Source: an uncultured Acidobacteriota bacterium (lineage in GTDB: Bacteria > Acidobacteriota > Thermoanaerobaculia > UBA5066 > DATFVB01). Taken from it: DNA of 64,000 nt. The notes beneath the pieces were generated by a model. It worked only from the letters and a program-made list of their open reading frames with translations, was not told the origin of the DNA and searched no databases. Shown here in pieces: positions 31,148-40,618 of this stretch (its first letter is position 1; every line of letters starts with the position of its first letter). The stretch is taken from the NCBI GenBank assembly GCA_963813155.1, contig CAWEYG010000005.1, positions 215,786 to 279,785 of the forward strand, read 5' to 3'. Both the position numbers and the translations under genes were made by a program.

Positions 31148-31690
31148 CTAGTCCTTTTGCGCGAGCAACGCTTCGACGTTCTGCGTCACCTCGGCGGAGT
31201 CCCAGTCGATCGCCTCGGCGAGGTGGTACAGGATCCTGCCGTTCCGGTTCGCAATGTAGGTCTCCGGAAATTTCGCCGTTCCGAACCTGTGGGCGGTCTT
31301 CGCGCCGGGGTCGCGGTATTCCGGCAGGTCGAACGGCGTCTTCTTCCGGAAGTCGTCGATCGCCTGCCACGAGTCGTCGACCGAAACGCTGTAGAGCGCG
31401 ATTTGCGGGTTGTTCCGGAACTTCGCCCAGAAGGTGTTCAGTTCCGGCAGCTCCTCGACGCAGGGAGGGCACCAGGTCGCCCAGAAATGGACGACGACGA
31501 CTTTTCCCTTCAACTTCGACAGATCGACCTTTTTCCCGTCCCGCGTGAAGACGTCGAGCTTCGAGATCGAGGACAGCGACGTGATCGCGTTGGAACCGTT
31601 GTCGGGCGGCTTGAGCGACGTCGTGAAGACGAACGCGACGGCGATCGCGACGACCAGGGCCGCGAGCAATAAGACGGTCCGGGTTCTCAC
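31148..31690 (-). CDS. TlpA/ResA-family thiol-disulfide oxidoreductase
   Basis: N-terminal TM, FWATWCPPC, FPETY cis-Pro motif. Confidence 0.9.
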   Translation of the reverse strand: MRTRTVLLLAALVVAIAVAFVFTTSLKPPDNGSNAITSLSSISKLDVFTRDGKKVDLSKLKGKVVVVHFWATWCPPCVEELPELNTFWAKFRNNPQIALYSVSVDDSWQAIDDFRKKTPFDLPEYRDPGAKTAHRFGTAKFPETYIANRNGRILYHLAEAIDWDSAEVTQNVEALLAQKD

Positions 31691-32610
31691 GCGACCTTCG
31701 GGTTCGCGACTCGCCGGCTGCCGACCGGGCAGACGGGGCGGGCAAGGCATTCCGGACATTCCGAAAGGCGGGGTTTCGCGCGGCAGATCTCGAGAATTCC
31801 CAGCCGGCAGATCGCGAAGTCGTACTTCACGGGATCGTTCGCGTCGAGACGGGCGAGCCGTCGGGTGATTTCGACCGCCGTCGTCCAGTCGGCGGTCTTG
31901 CGGCGCGTGAGGCCGAGGCGCCGCGACACCCGGTGAACGTGCGTGTCGGTGGGGACGACGAGCGCGCGCGGGGGAATCCCGTCCCAGATTCCGAAGTCGA
32001 TCGCGTCGCGGCGAACCATCCAGCGCAGGTAGAGATTCCATCTCTTGCACGCAGAGCCCCCGGACGGGGACGGAAAGAGAAATCGCAAGGCGGCGTTCGC
32101 AGCCGGCACCCTCCCGAGCAGATCGGCGCAGACGCGATCGAGAAGGGGGCCGGTGTCCGACTCTCCCCGGTAACGGCTCTCGAAGAAGTTCTTCACGGAT
32201 CCTTCGCTTCGAATGACCCCGCCGATGAGGGAAAAAAGAGTCGCCGCTTCCTCCGGACCGTGGAAGCGATGACGAAAGAAAGAGAGCGCGGCCAGCGCCG
32301 GCGGGTTCGACGCGAGCGTTTCCGCGGGATGTCGGCCGAGCGATTCGAGGAGGCGCGAGACGTTCGCGAGAATGATGTCGACGCGTCCATAGGCGAACGC
32401 GGAAGCGATCCAGCCCGCGACCTCGACGTCCCGGGGATCGGAATAGCGGTGAACGAGACTGACCGGATCCGACCCGATCGACTCCGCGCCGTATCGCCGG
32501 GAGAGGCTTTCGAACGCGGAACGAAGATCCGAGTCGCGGCGCGACATCCCCAACGCGCCTTGCCGGCGCTGGATTTCGAGCGCGCCTTTCCGGCGCGACA
32601 TTGACTCCAT
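31687..32610 (-). CDS. TIGR02757/DUF2400 family protein (HhH-GPD-like)
   Basis: SACKRWNLYLRWMVR, PTDTHV, DPVKYDFAIC, C-terminal Cys cluster; start uncertain. Confidence 0.85.
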   Translation of the reverse strand: MESMSRRKGALEIQRRQGALGMSRRDSDLRSAFESLSRRYGAESIGSDPVSLVHRYSDPRDVEVAGWIASAFAYGRVDIILANVSRLLESLGRHPAETLASNPPALAALSFFRHRFHGPEEAATLFSLIGGVIRSEGSVKNFFESRYRGESDTGPLLDRVCADLLGRVPAANAALRFLFPSPSGGSACKRWNLYLRWMVRRDAIDFGIWDGIPPRALVVPTDTHVHRVSRRLGLTRRKTADWTTAVEITRRLARLDANDPVKYDFAICRLGILEICRAKPRLSECPECLARPVCPVGSRRVANPKVA

Positions 32611-32689
32611 CCGCGCGATATCCTACTCTATTGGCAATGCTTCCCGGCCGGGACCTCAGCAAACATCGTTCAAGAGACTGTCCATCGCA

Positions 32690-33895
32690 TTGACCAAAGA
32701 AAAAGTCGTTGTCGTCGGCGTCGTGACGCGCGGCCTTCGCCGGGCCGAAGTCGAAAAACACCTGGACGAGCTGGAGCGTCTCGTCGACACCGCGGGAGGC
32801 GAGGTCGTGGCCCGCGAGCTCCGCGAGCGCGCTTCATTGGATCCGGCGACGTTCATCGGATCGGGCGCGGTCGAGGAAATCGCCGGGGAGGCGGCCGCCC
32901 TCTCCGCTGGGCTCATCGTCTTCGACGACGACCTCTCCCCGGGCCAGGTCAAGAACCTCGAGAAATCGCTTCCGCGCGTGACCGATCGCGCCGGCCTCAT
33001 CCTGGAGATCTTTTCGCTGCACGCCCGGAGCCGCGAGGCCCGCACCCAGGTCGAGCTCGCCCGCTACGAATACCTGCTGCCTCGCCTGACGGGCAAGTAC
33101 AAGGGTCTCTCCCGTCTCGGCGGCGGCATCGGAGGAAGAGGAGCGGGCGAGCAGCAGCTGGAGCTCGACCGCCGAAAGATCCGGCACCGGATCTCGCTGC
33201 TCAAGAAGGATCTCGCGAAGATCGAGACGTCCCGGCGCGTGCAGAAACGCGGCCGGCGGCACTCCTTCCAGATCGCGATCGCCGGCTACACGAACGCTGG
33301 CAAGACCACGCTGTTCAACCGCCTGACGGCGGGCTCGGAGCTCGCGGCCGACCGCCTCTTCGCGACGCTCGACGCCCGTGTCGGGAAGATTCAGGGAAGC
33401 GGCGCGCTCGTCATCGACACCGTCGGCCTGATTCGCAAGCTGCCGCCCGGCCTCGTCGCCTCGTTCCGCTCCACTCTTTCGGAAATTCGCGACGCGGATC
33501 TCGTTCTCCATGCCGTCGACGGCTCGTCGGAGTCGGCGGACGAGGAAAAGGAGATTGCCGAGGCGACGTTCGCGGAGCTCGGAGTGGATCCGGCGCGCGT
33601 CCTGACCGTCTACACGAAAGCGGATCTCGGCTCCGGGCGCAACGGGGCTCTCGAAGTGTCCTCCCTGACGGGCGAGGGATTCGACCGCCTCCTCTCGGAG
33701 ATCGAGAAGAGGAGCAGCCCCGACGAGCTGGAAATGGCCGTTCGCATTCCCTACTCCGACTCCCGCGAGATCGCGCGCGCGCGGTCGGGAGCGCGGGTGC
33801 TCTCCGAATCGGACGAGGGCGACGCGCTCGTTCTTCGCCTCTCCGGCCCGCGGCGGCAGCTCGACCCGCTCTCCGCATACGAGATTGACCGCTAG
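32690..33895 (+). CDS. hflX: GTPase HflX
   Basis: QVELAR, GYTNAGKTT, LFATLD, DTVG, FRSTL. Confidence 0.93.
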   Translation: MTKEKVVVVGVVTRGLRRAEVEKHLDELERLVDTAGGEVVARELRERASLDPATFIGSGAVEEIAGEAAALSAGLIVFDDDLSPGQVKNLEKSLPRVTDRAGLILEIFSLHARSREARTQVELARYEYLLPRLTGKYKGLSRLGGGIGGRGAGEQQLELDRRKIRHRISLLKKDLAKIETSRRVQKRGRRHSFQIAIAGYTNAGKTTLFNRLTAGSELAADRLFATLDARVGKIQGSGALVIDTVGLIRKLPPGLVASFRSTLSEIRDADLVLHAVDGSSESADEEKEIAEATFAELGVDPARVLTVYTKADLGSGRNGALEVSSLTGEGFDRLLSEIEKRSSPDELEMAVRIPYSDSREIARARSGARVLSESDEGDALVLRLSGPRRQLDPLSAYEIDR

Positions 33896-33918
33896 CTGGT
33901 AGACTCGCGCTCCTCGGA

Positions 33919-34016
33919 GGAAGCGCAAGGAGTCTGGTGGCTTCCGCGGACTTCAAATCCGTTCGAGTCGCGGCTCAGCCGGGACTGGTGGGTTCGATTC
34001 CCATGCGCTTCCGCCA
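33919..34016 (+). tRNA. selC: tRNA-Sec (anticodon TCA)
   Basis: 8-bp acceptor GGAAGCGC/GCGCTTCC, 6-bp D stem with TGGT loop, CT-TCA-AA loop, long variable arm, TTCGATT T loop, G73-CCA. Confidence 0.93.
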
Positions 34017-34039
34017 CATTTCATGCTCTGATTGGTTTC

Positions 34040-35971
34040 GTGGCGGATCGGGATTTCGAGCGCAAGACCCGGGGGGAGCCTTCGGCGATCGCGGCCGAGG
34101 CGAGACCGACCGGGAAACGGCTCGCCGTGCTCGTCCTGGGCGCCCTCGGCATCGTTTACGGCGACATCGGAACGAGCCCCCTGTACGCGCTGAAGGTCTG
34201 CTTTTCCGGGCTCCATTCGATTTCTCCGGGCCGCGAAAACGTGCTTGGCGTCCTTTCGCTCGTGTTCTGGTCGCTTGTCGTCGTCGTGACCCTCAAGTAC
34301 CACGTCTACGTGCTGCGGCTGGACAACCGGGGCGAGGGTGGGATCCTCGCGCTGATGAGCCTCGTTCGAAAATCGAAGAAGAGAAGCCGGCGCGTGCACG
34401 TGGGCCTCGTCACGCTCGGGGTCTTCGGCGCGGCGTTGCTCTACGGCGACGGAATGATCACGCCCGCGATCTCGGTGCTCTCCGCCGTCGAAGGGCTGGG
34501 CGTCGCGACGCCGATTTTCGAGCCGTTCGTGATCCCCATCACGATTGCAATCCTCGTGGGACTCTTCCTCTTTCAGTACCGGGGGACCGCGGCGATCGGG
34601 AAGGTCTTCGGCCCCGTGATGCTGGTGTGGTTCCTCACGCTCGCGACGCTCGGCCTCGCGAGCATTCTCCGCTACCCCGGGGTGCTCGTGGCCGTGAATC
34701 CCCTGCACGCGGTCGCTTTCTTTGCCCACAACCGTTTTCACGGATTTCTGGTGCTTGGAGCGGTCTTTCTCGTCGCGACGGGCGGAGAGGCGCTCTACGC
34801 GGACCTGGGGCACTTTGGAGAAATGCCGATTCAGATCGACTGGTTCTCGATCGTCGGGCCGTCCCTGCTACTGAATTACTTCGGCCAGGGCGCTCTCCTG
34901 ATCCGCTTTCCGGAAGCGGCGGGAAACCCGTTCTACCGGTTGGCTCCGCCCTGGGCTCTGTATCCCCTCGTCGCGCTCGCGACGATGGCGACGATCATCG
35001 CCTCCCAGGCCATCGTCTCCGGCGCCTTTTCGCTGACCCGCCAGGCCGTCCAGCTCGGGTATCTCCCGAGGGTCAAGATCGTGCACACTTCGGCGGCGGA
35101 CATCGGCCAGATCTACATTCCCGGGCTCAACTGGCTGCTCATGACGGCGACGATCGGGCTCGTTCTCGGGTTTCGCAGCTCCAACAATCTCGCGGCCGCC
35201 TACGGGGTCGCCGTGTCCGCCACGATGGTCATCACGACTCTGCTCGCCCATTCCGTGACGAAGGACCTGTTCGGCTGGAAGCCGTGGGCCTCGGGTCTCG
35301 TGACCGTCGGGTTTCTCGCCTTCGACGTCTCGTTTTTCGCGGCCAACATCGTGAAAATCGCGAAGGGCGGATGGTTTCCGATCGCCGTCGCGGTCGCGGT
35401 GTTCACCCTGATGACGACCTGGCGAACGGGGCGCAGTCTTCTGAACCGCCAGCTCCGAAGGCGGCTCGTTTCGGTCGAGGAGTTTGTCGCGGACGTGAAA
35501 CAGAAGAACCCGATTCGCGTGTCGGGGACGGGCGTCTATCTCTCGATGATTCCGGACGTCATTCCGCCCGCGCTGTTGAACAATTTTCGCCACAACCAGG
35601 TCGTCCACGAGCAGGTCCTGCTCGTGACGATCCTCACCGAGGAGGTTCCGCGGGTGGCGGAGGCGAAACGAATCGACGTCGAGACCCTGTCCTGCGGCTT
35701 CCATCGAATTCTGCTCCATTACGGATTCATGGAAGATCCGGATCTCCTGGGGCCGCTTGGAAAGGCGGTCGCGGGCGGAATCGAGCTCGAGTCTTCGACG
35801 ACGACGTTCTTCCTCGGCAAGGAGACGATCCTTCCGTCGGAGGTCGCGGGAATGGCGGGGTGGAGGGAAAAGCTGTTCTCCGTTCTGTCGAACAACTCGC
35901 ACAGCGCGACGGCGTTTTTCAAGTTGCCGGTGGATCAGGTCGTGGAAATACGGGGGCAAGTGAAGATCTGA
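34040..35971 (+). CDS. kup: KUP potassium uptake permease
   Basis: VYGDIGTSPLY, DNRGEGG, YGDGMITPAISVLSAVEG, EALYADLGHF. Confidence 0.95.
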   Translation: MADRDFERKTRGEPSAIAAEARPTGKRLAVLVLGALGIVYGDIGTSPLYALKVCFSGLHSISPGRENVLGVLSLVFWSLVVVVTLKYHVYVLRLDNRGEGGILALMSLVRKSKKRSRRVHVGLVTLGVFGAALLYGDGMITPAISVLSAVEGLGVATPIFEPFVIPITIAILVGLFLFQYRGTAAIGKVFGPVMLVWFLTLATLGLASILRYPGVLVAVNPLHAVAFFAHNRFHGFLVLGAVFLVATGGEALYADLGHFGEMPIQIDWFSIVGPSLLLNYFGQGALLIRFPEAAGNPFYRLAPPWALYPLVALATMATIIASQAIVSGAFSLTRQAVQLGYLPRVKIVHTSAADIGQIYIPGLNWLLMTATIGLVLGFRSSNNLAAAYGVAVSATMVITTLLAHSVTKDLFGWKPWASGLVTVGFLAFDVSFFAANIVKIAKGGWFPIAVAVAVFTLMTTWRTGRSLLNRQLRRRLVSVEEFVADVKQKNPIRVSGTGVYLSMIPDVIPPALLNNFRHNQVVHEQVLLVTILTEEVPRVAEAKRIDVETLSCGFHRILLHYGFMEDPDLLGPLGKAVAGGIELESSTTTFFLGKETILPSEVAGMAGWREKLFSVLSNNSHSATAFFKLPVDQVVEIRGQVKI

Positions 35972-36010
35972 CGGCGTCGCGCCGCCGTCATTCCCGCGAA
36001 AGCGGGAATC
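35969..36010. repeat. REP-like palindrome GTCATTCCCGCGAAAGCGGGAATC plus an adjacent hairpin
   Basis: ATTCCCGC-GAAA-GCGGGAAT perfect stem; TGACGGCG..CGCCGTCA upstream. Confidence 0.7.
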
Positions 36011-36060
36011 GCTCCCCCCCTCCAACGTTCTTCGCACGACTCGAATTAGAATCACGCTTC

Positions 36061-37326
36061 ATGTCGGCCGCTGCCAGTCCCGCGCGCGCAAGCTACCTCG
36101 AGGTCATCCGCGAGAATCCCGATTTTCGCCGCGTCTGGATCGGACAGGTCGGCAGCCTGCTCGGGGACTGGTTCAACCAGGTCGCGATCCTGTCCCTCCT
36201 GCTCCGGCTGACCGGGTCCGGCAGCGCCGCCGGCCTGTTCTACGTGCTGCAGATGGTGCCGATCTTTCTCGTCAGCCCGATCGCCGGCCGCGTCGTCGAT
36301 CACCTCCCGAGAAAGCTCGTCATGGTCACGGCCGACCTCGCGCGCGCGGGAGTCGTGCTCGCGTTCCTGCTCGTGGATCGCCCGAGCCGGATCTGGATCA
36401 TCTACCTCGCGACGGCCGCCCAGATGTCGCTCTCCTCGTTTTTCGAGCCGGCGCGTAACGCCGTGATGCCGAAAATCGTGAAGCCGGAGCACCTCGTCGG
36501 CGCGAACGCCGTCACCGCGACGACGTGGTCCGTGATGCTCGCGGCGGGTGCGGCAGTCGGCGGCCTCATTACGGCGCTGCTCGGAGAGCGCGCCGCTTTT
36601 CTGCTCAATTCCGCGAGCTATCTCTGGTCCGCGGCCTTCGTCCTGCGCGCCGTGATCCCGCCGATCGAATCGCGGCCGCACCATTCCGAGCGGGGGTTCG
36701 TTTCGGGGCTGCGCGAAGCGCTCCGGGCACCTTCTCTGCTGCCGATTCTGTGCGCGAAAGCGCTGCTCGGCTTCGCCGGGGGCATGGGCCTGCTCCTGGC
36801 GATCTGGGGCGACCGCGTCTTCCGGATCGGAGCGACGGCCGCGGGCGGCATCGGGGCGTTGTTCGCGGCCCGCGGCGTCGGCACCGCGATTGGGCCGATT
36901 GTCGCGCGCCGATGGGGAAAGTCCCACGGGGAAGGAGCGCGGCGCACGATCGCCGTCGGATATCTCGTGTGCGGGGTGTTCTTCCTCGCGGCCTCGCTCG
37001 CGCGGTCGCTGCCGGTCGCGCTGGTTTGCCTCGTCGGCAGCGGCATCGGGACCGCCGTCACCTGGGTCTTTTCGACCGTCGCGTTGCAGCAAGAGACGAC
37101 GGACCGTGTGCGGGGCCGCGTCTTCGCGGCGGAGCAGACGCTTTTCACGCTGACGGTGTCGATCTCCATGCTTGCGACCGGGCGCGCGCTCGACCATCCG
37201 GGTTGGACGCCGAGGGGAGTCGGGATCGCGCTTTCGCTCGTTTACTTCCTCGGCGCCGCGACGTTCGAGCTGTTGCTGATTCGGGCCCGCCGGCTCTCGG
37301 TTGACGCCGCTCCAACGCTCGAATAG
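36061..37326 (+). CDS. MFS transporter (DHA3/EntS-like)
   Basis: NPDFRRVWIGQVGSLLGDW, GRVVDHLPRK, FFEPAR, RVRGRVF. Confidence 0.9.
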   Translation: MSAAASPARASYLEVIRENPDFRRVWIGQVGSLLGDWFNQVAILSLLLRLTGSGSAAGLFYVLQMVPIFLVSPIAGRVVDHLPRKLVMVTADLARAGVVLAFLLVDRPSRIWIIYLATAAQMSLSSFFEPARNAVMPKIVKPEHLVGANAVTATTWSVMLAAGAAVGGLITALLGERAAFLLNSASYLWSAAFVLRAVIPPIESRPHHSERGFVSGLREALRAPSLLPILCAKALLGFAGGMGLLLAIWGDRVFRIGATAAGGIGALFAARGVGTAIGPIVARRWGKSHGEGARRTIAVGYLVCGVFFLAASLARSLPVALVCLVGSGIGTAVTWVFSTVALQQETTDRVRGRVFAAEQTLFTLTVSISMLATGRALDHPGWTPRGVGIALSLVYFLGAATFELLLIRARRLSVDAAPTLE

Positions 37327-37352
37327 GATTTCCGTCTCTTCGTTCTCTGCGT

Positions 37353-37429
37353 GGGGCTGTAGCTCAGCTTGGGAGAGCACCTGAATGGCATTCAGGGGGT
37401 CGCCAGTTCGATCCTGGTCAGCTCCACCA
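37353..37429 (+). tRNA. tRNA-Ala (anticodon GGC)
   Basis: GGGGCTG acceptor with G3:U70, CCTGA-AT-GGC-AT-TCAGG anticodon arm, TTCGA T loop, ACCA end. Confidence 0.95.
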
Positions 37430-37548
37430 TCCGCCTTCGCCTTTCTTCGAAGCCCAAAACGAGGGTTGCGGCTACGGCGCGATTGACGGTCCGCTGCGAC
37501 GAATTCGAAGGACGTGCCGCTGGCGCCCTCGAATCCCGGGCCCTCAAA

Positions 37549-38559
37549 TTACTCCACCGAATGGCGCATGAATCGCTGCAGGCCGCTGCGGGCCGCCTCC
37601 GCGCCGATCTTCGGCGGCGGAACGCTGGCCCAGAGCGGGTACCTCACGCCTGTCAGTCGATTGATGATGATCGCCTGGACCACGAGCAACCCGACCGCGA
37701 CCTCGAGGACGATGAGATAGGGAGGCTTGCTGACGGCTCCCAGCGACACGATCAGCGCGGTGGCCCCGGCTGGCGGATGGGGAGAATTCAGAAGAATCAT
37801 CAGCGCTCCCGCCGTGCCCAGGGAAAGGGCCGCGGCCAGGACCCGGGTCCAGCCCAGCTCCGAGACGATCGCCGGTCCGGCATGTTGCAATCCGGTCACC
37901 CACAGCGCGGCATATCCGGAAACAATCCCGATGGCGTGACCGCACAGCGTGTTCCGAGGGCTCGCCGCCGGTGCCGTTGGCGTGAAAAACAGCAGGAAGG
38001 CGCTCGCTCCGAGCGGAGGAAAAATGAATGGCGTCTGGAAAGCCATCGCCAGTCCGCAGAGGATGCCGATACTGATGAAACCGTTGATGAACATGAAGAG
38101 CGCCCACATCCGTGCCAGTCTCGTCGTGCGGATCGTGTTTGCCCGGATCTGCCGCTGTCCCGTCTGGGACAACACGTCGTTCAGCGTGTAGCGCCGCATG
38201 AGGATCGTCTCGAACTCCGCCTTGGGAATTCGGAGAAGTGTGGTGTCCTCACACGCGCGAAGGCTTGCGCCGCGACGCCCGGAATGGCCGGGCAACAACG
38301 ACTGCTCGCCGACGTGGCTGAGCTCCTTGAGCTGCGCCAGGACGACTTCGTCGCCGTTGCGGTCGATGGCGAAAACCTGGACCGAACCCCGGACGACGAC
38401 ATAAGCGCAGTCGCCCATTTCGCCTTCGCGGAAGATCAGCGCCGAGGCCGAAAACGTGACCACCTGGGCGACGTCGGCCAGCGCCCGAAGCTCGCCGGCT
38501 TCCAGCTCGCTGAACAAAGCCAGGCGCTTGAGGAACCGCTCGCGTTCTGAAGGAGCCAT
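37549..38559 (-). CDS. Cyclic-nucleotide-binding domain fused to an HPP-family membrane domain
   Basis: IFREGEMGD, VGEQSLL..RRGASLRA; C-terminal PLGASAFL, SPRN, HPPAGATAL. Confidence 0.85.
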   Translation of the reverse strand: MAPSERERFLKRLALFSELEAGELRALADVAQVVTFSASALIFREGEMGDCAYVVVRGSVQVFAIDRNGDEVVLAQLKELSHVGEQSLLPGHSGRRGASLRACEDTTLLRIPKAEFETILMRRYTLNDVLSQTGQRQIRANTIRTTRLARMWALFMFINGFISIGILCGLAMAFQTPFIFPPLGASAFLLFFTPTAPAASPRNTLCGHAIGIVSGYAALWVTGLQHAGPAIVSELGWTRVLAAALSLGTAGALMILLNSPHPPAGATALIVSLGAVSKPPYLIVLEVAVGLLVVQAIIINRLTGVRYPLWASVPPPKIGAEAARSGLQRFMRHSVE

Positions 38560-38749
38560 TGCGGTGGCCGGGATTCTACCGCGGGACAGTTCGAGGCCGC
38601 GGACCGCGAACCGAAGCGCCCGGTGGGTGGGCCAAGCGTGGACAGAGTGACACCGTTCTGGCGACCCAGATACAAATTCGCAGAAATTTTGTTTTTCGCA
38701 GAGACCGGGCGTTTCTCAACCTGCTAGAATTTGCTCGCTGGAGGTTCAC

Positions 38750-39754
38750 GTGAAAAAGAGAGCTTTTCTTGGGTGCTCTATCGCGATCGGACTGCTGGTC
38801 TTCTCCATGAACGTTTCGGCGCTGACGAGCGACAACCTTCTCGTCAACCCTGATTTTGCGACGGATCTCAGCGGGTGGGCGTACACCCCGTTGCTCACGG
38901 AGTGGTCCACCAAGGACGTGAACGACGACGTCTCCTCCGGGTCGGCGGGGATCGCCGAGACGGACAACGTCGGTGGTGCTGAGGTCATCTCTCAGTGCGT
39001 CGTGCTTCCCGGTCCGGGACCATTCGACGTTGGAGCGTTTTTCTTTCTTCCTTCAGGACAGGGCCAGCGGGCCGGCGGGGCTTCGTACGCCATCTGGTAC
39101 TCGTCGAACGATTGTTCCGGGACTGCGCTCAGAACGGACGAATTCGACACCCCGGATCCGCCGCCGACCGACACCTGGACATCGAATTTCGGGCTCCGGG
39201 TGACGCCTCCCGGGGGGTCGGTTTCGGCGTTCGTGGCCTTCGGGATCTACAAGAACGACAACGCGAGCGGCCCGAACGTCGTCGGATACGTCGACGGCAC
39301 TACCTTCCGCCTGACCCAGCTGGGCTCCGCGCGCTCTGGGTGCTGCAATTCGGCCGTCTCACCCGCGCCGCTGGCCTTTGTGTTCGGACGAGCGGGGACA
39401 CCTCCTGAAGTCAATATAACTGGAACCTGGAACGGGCTTTACACGGAGTCGACTTCCTCCTCCGGTCCGCCTACCCAACATACGATTCCGATGTCTCTTA
39501 CGCAGACGAATGCAGACGTAACGGGATCCTTTTCCGTCAGCGCCTCAAATGGCGTATCAAGTGGCACGGTCAGTGGAAGCGTATCGGGAAGCGCGTTTAT
39601 CTTTACTCTGACGATTAGTTCAGGATGCGCGACCGTTATCGATGGAATAACATCCGTCACGGACGGGGGAGATCAACTCTCAGGTCGTATGGCGAAGCAC
39701 AGTTGCGGTGGTGGGCACGACGACGGGACGTTTACGGCCACAAAGGCCAAGTAG
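38750..39754 (+). CDS. Secreted two-domain beta protein (CBM-like plus small beta-barrel)
   Basis: Signal peptide, NLLVNPDFATDLSGW, then NITGTWNG...GTFTATK; GGAGG RBS. Confidence 0.7.
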   Translation: MKKRAFLGCSIAIGLLVFSMNVSALTSDNLLVNPDFATDLSGWAYTPLLTEWSTKDVNDDVSSGSAGIAETDNVGGAEVISQCVVLPGPGPFDVGAFFFLPSGQGQRAGGASYAIWYSSNDCSGTALRTDEFDTPDPPPTDTWTSNFGLRVTPPGGSVSAFVAFGIYKNDNASGPNVVGYVDGTTFRLTQLGSARSGCCNSAVSPAPLAFVFGRAGTPPEVNITGTWNGLYTESTSSSGPPTQHTIPMSLTQTNADVTGSFSVSASNGVSSGTVSGSVSGSAFIFTLTISSGCATVIDGITSVTDGGDQLSGRMAKHSCGGGHDDGTFTATKAK

Positions 39755-39770
39755 CCCTCGCGAACCGAGG

Positions 39771-39795
39771 CGATCCCGTTCAGCTCCCCCATCCG
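39771..39795 (+). repeat. Degenerate direct repeat of the tRNA-Ala 3' end (attR-like)
   Basis: CGATCCCGTTCAGCTCCCCCATCCG versus CGATCCTGGTCAGCTCCACCATCCG at 37409-37433; 22/25 identical. Confidence 0.7.
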
Positions 39796-39826
39796 TTCGA
39801 GCGAAAGAGGCGGGTCAGTAGGACGC

Positions 39827-40594
39827 CTACCGTTTCTCCTTCTGAGCGTTCAGCCGAGCGACCTCCGCCGCAGAGACGCCTTCGAGGACGAGTCCGTACG
39901 ACAACCCTTCCTGCAGCCGGCGGCGAAAGCGATTCGAGAGCGCCATCCTCGTGTACCGCAGCGTCAGCGGGCTTTGCTTCTTCATGTATCGCGCCAGTTC
40001 CCAGGCTCGCGGCAGCAGCGCGTCTCGAGGAACGACCTCGTTGACTGCGCCGTACTCCTTCGCTTGTGCCGCGCTCAGTTTCTGGCCGCTCAACAGGAAA
40101 TAACGACCGCGAATTTCCCCGATGACTTCGGGCCAGACGATATGCAGGCCGTCTCCTGGCACGATGCCGAAGGCGGGATGAGGCGCATCCTGAAAGTCGG
40201 CGTCTTCGGTGGCAATGACGATGTCGCAGAGGAGGGCATATTCGGAATGCACGGTCACCGGCCCATTGATCGCCGCGATCATCGGGACCTGGATGTCGAG
40301 AATGTTCTCGAGGATCTTCGTGCCCTCCCGCAGGATCTTGTCGAATCCGGTGGGCGTGAAGAAGTCGAAGCCCTCGGGGGTGATCTGGGCGCAGAACTCG
40401 TTGCCCGTGCCGGTCAGAATGACGACGTGGTTGTCGCGATCGTCGCCGATGTCACGGAATGCTCCCATCAGCGCTTCGTGGACGTAGCCATTGAACACGA
40501 GCGGGCCGCCTCCCGAATGCAGGGCGACTTCGAGGATCCCGTCTTCTCGCTTCATTTTTACGTTTTCATATTTGTCGCGATAGCTTTCGAACAT
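39827..40594 (-). CDS. Crotonase-family enzyme, 6-oxocamphor/beta-diketone hydrolase-like
   Basis: IAAINGP, FQDAPH..FGIVPGDG His/Asp motif. Confidence 0.8.
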   Translation of the reverse strand: MFESYRDKYENVKMKREDGILEVALHSGGGPLVFNGYVHEALMGAFRDIGDDRDNHVVILTGTGNEFCAQITPEGFDFFTPTGFDKILREGTKILENILDIQVPMIAAINGPVTVHSEYALLCDIVIATEDADFQDAPHPAFGIVPGDGLHIVWPEVIGEIRGRYFLLSGQKLSAAQAKEYGAVNEVVPRDALLPRAWELARYMKKQSPLTLRYTRMALSNRFRRRLQEGLSYGLVLEGVSAAEVARLNAQKEKR

Positions 40595-40618
40595 GACCTT
40601 CCTTCCTTTCCCGGGTCT

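Noticed and set aside
23277-31690. Selenocysteine read-through in the redox genes
   Set aside because: The CxxC, CxxCH and Fe-S motifs are all encoded as Cys, and the TGA codons sit at plausible protein ends.
13805-37326. Long ORF-track entries such as 13805..15889, 15091..16737, 19583..22225, 31148..32761 and 33937..37326 read as fusions
   Set aside because: Their N-terminal parts are Arg/Pro/Gly-rich off-frame readings of neighbouring genes, typical of high-GC DNA; real starts overlap or follow the upstream stops.
37430-37545. ncRNA downstream of tRNA-Ala
   Set aside because: Only weak hairpins (CCGCCTTCGC...GGCTACGGCG) with no second copy or recognisable family in the window.
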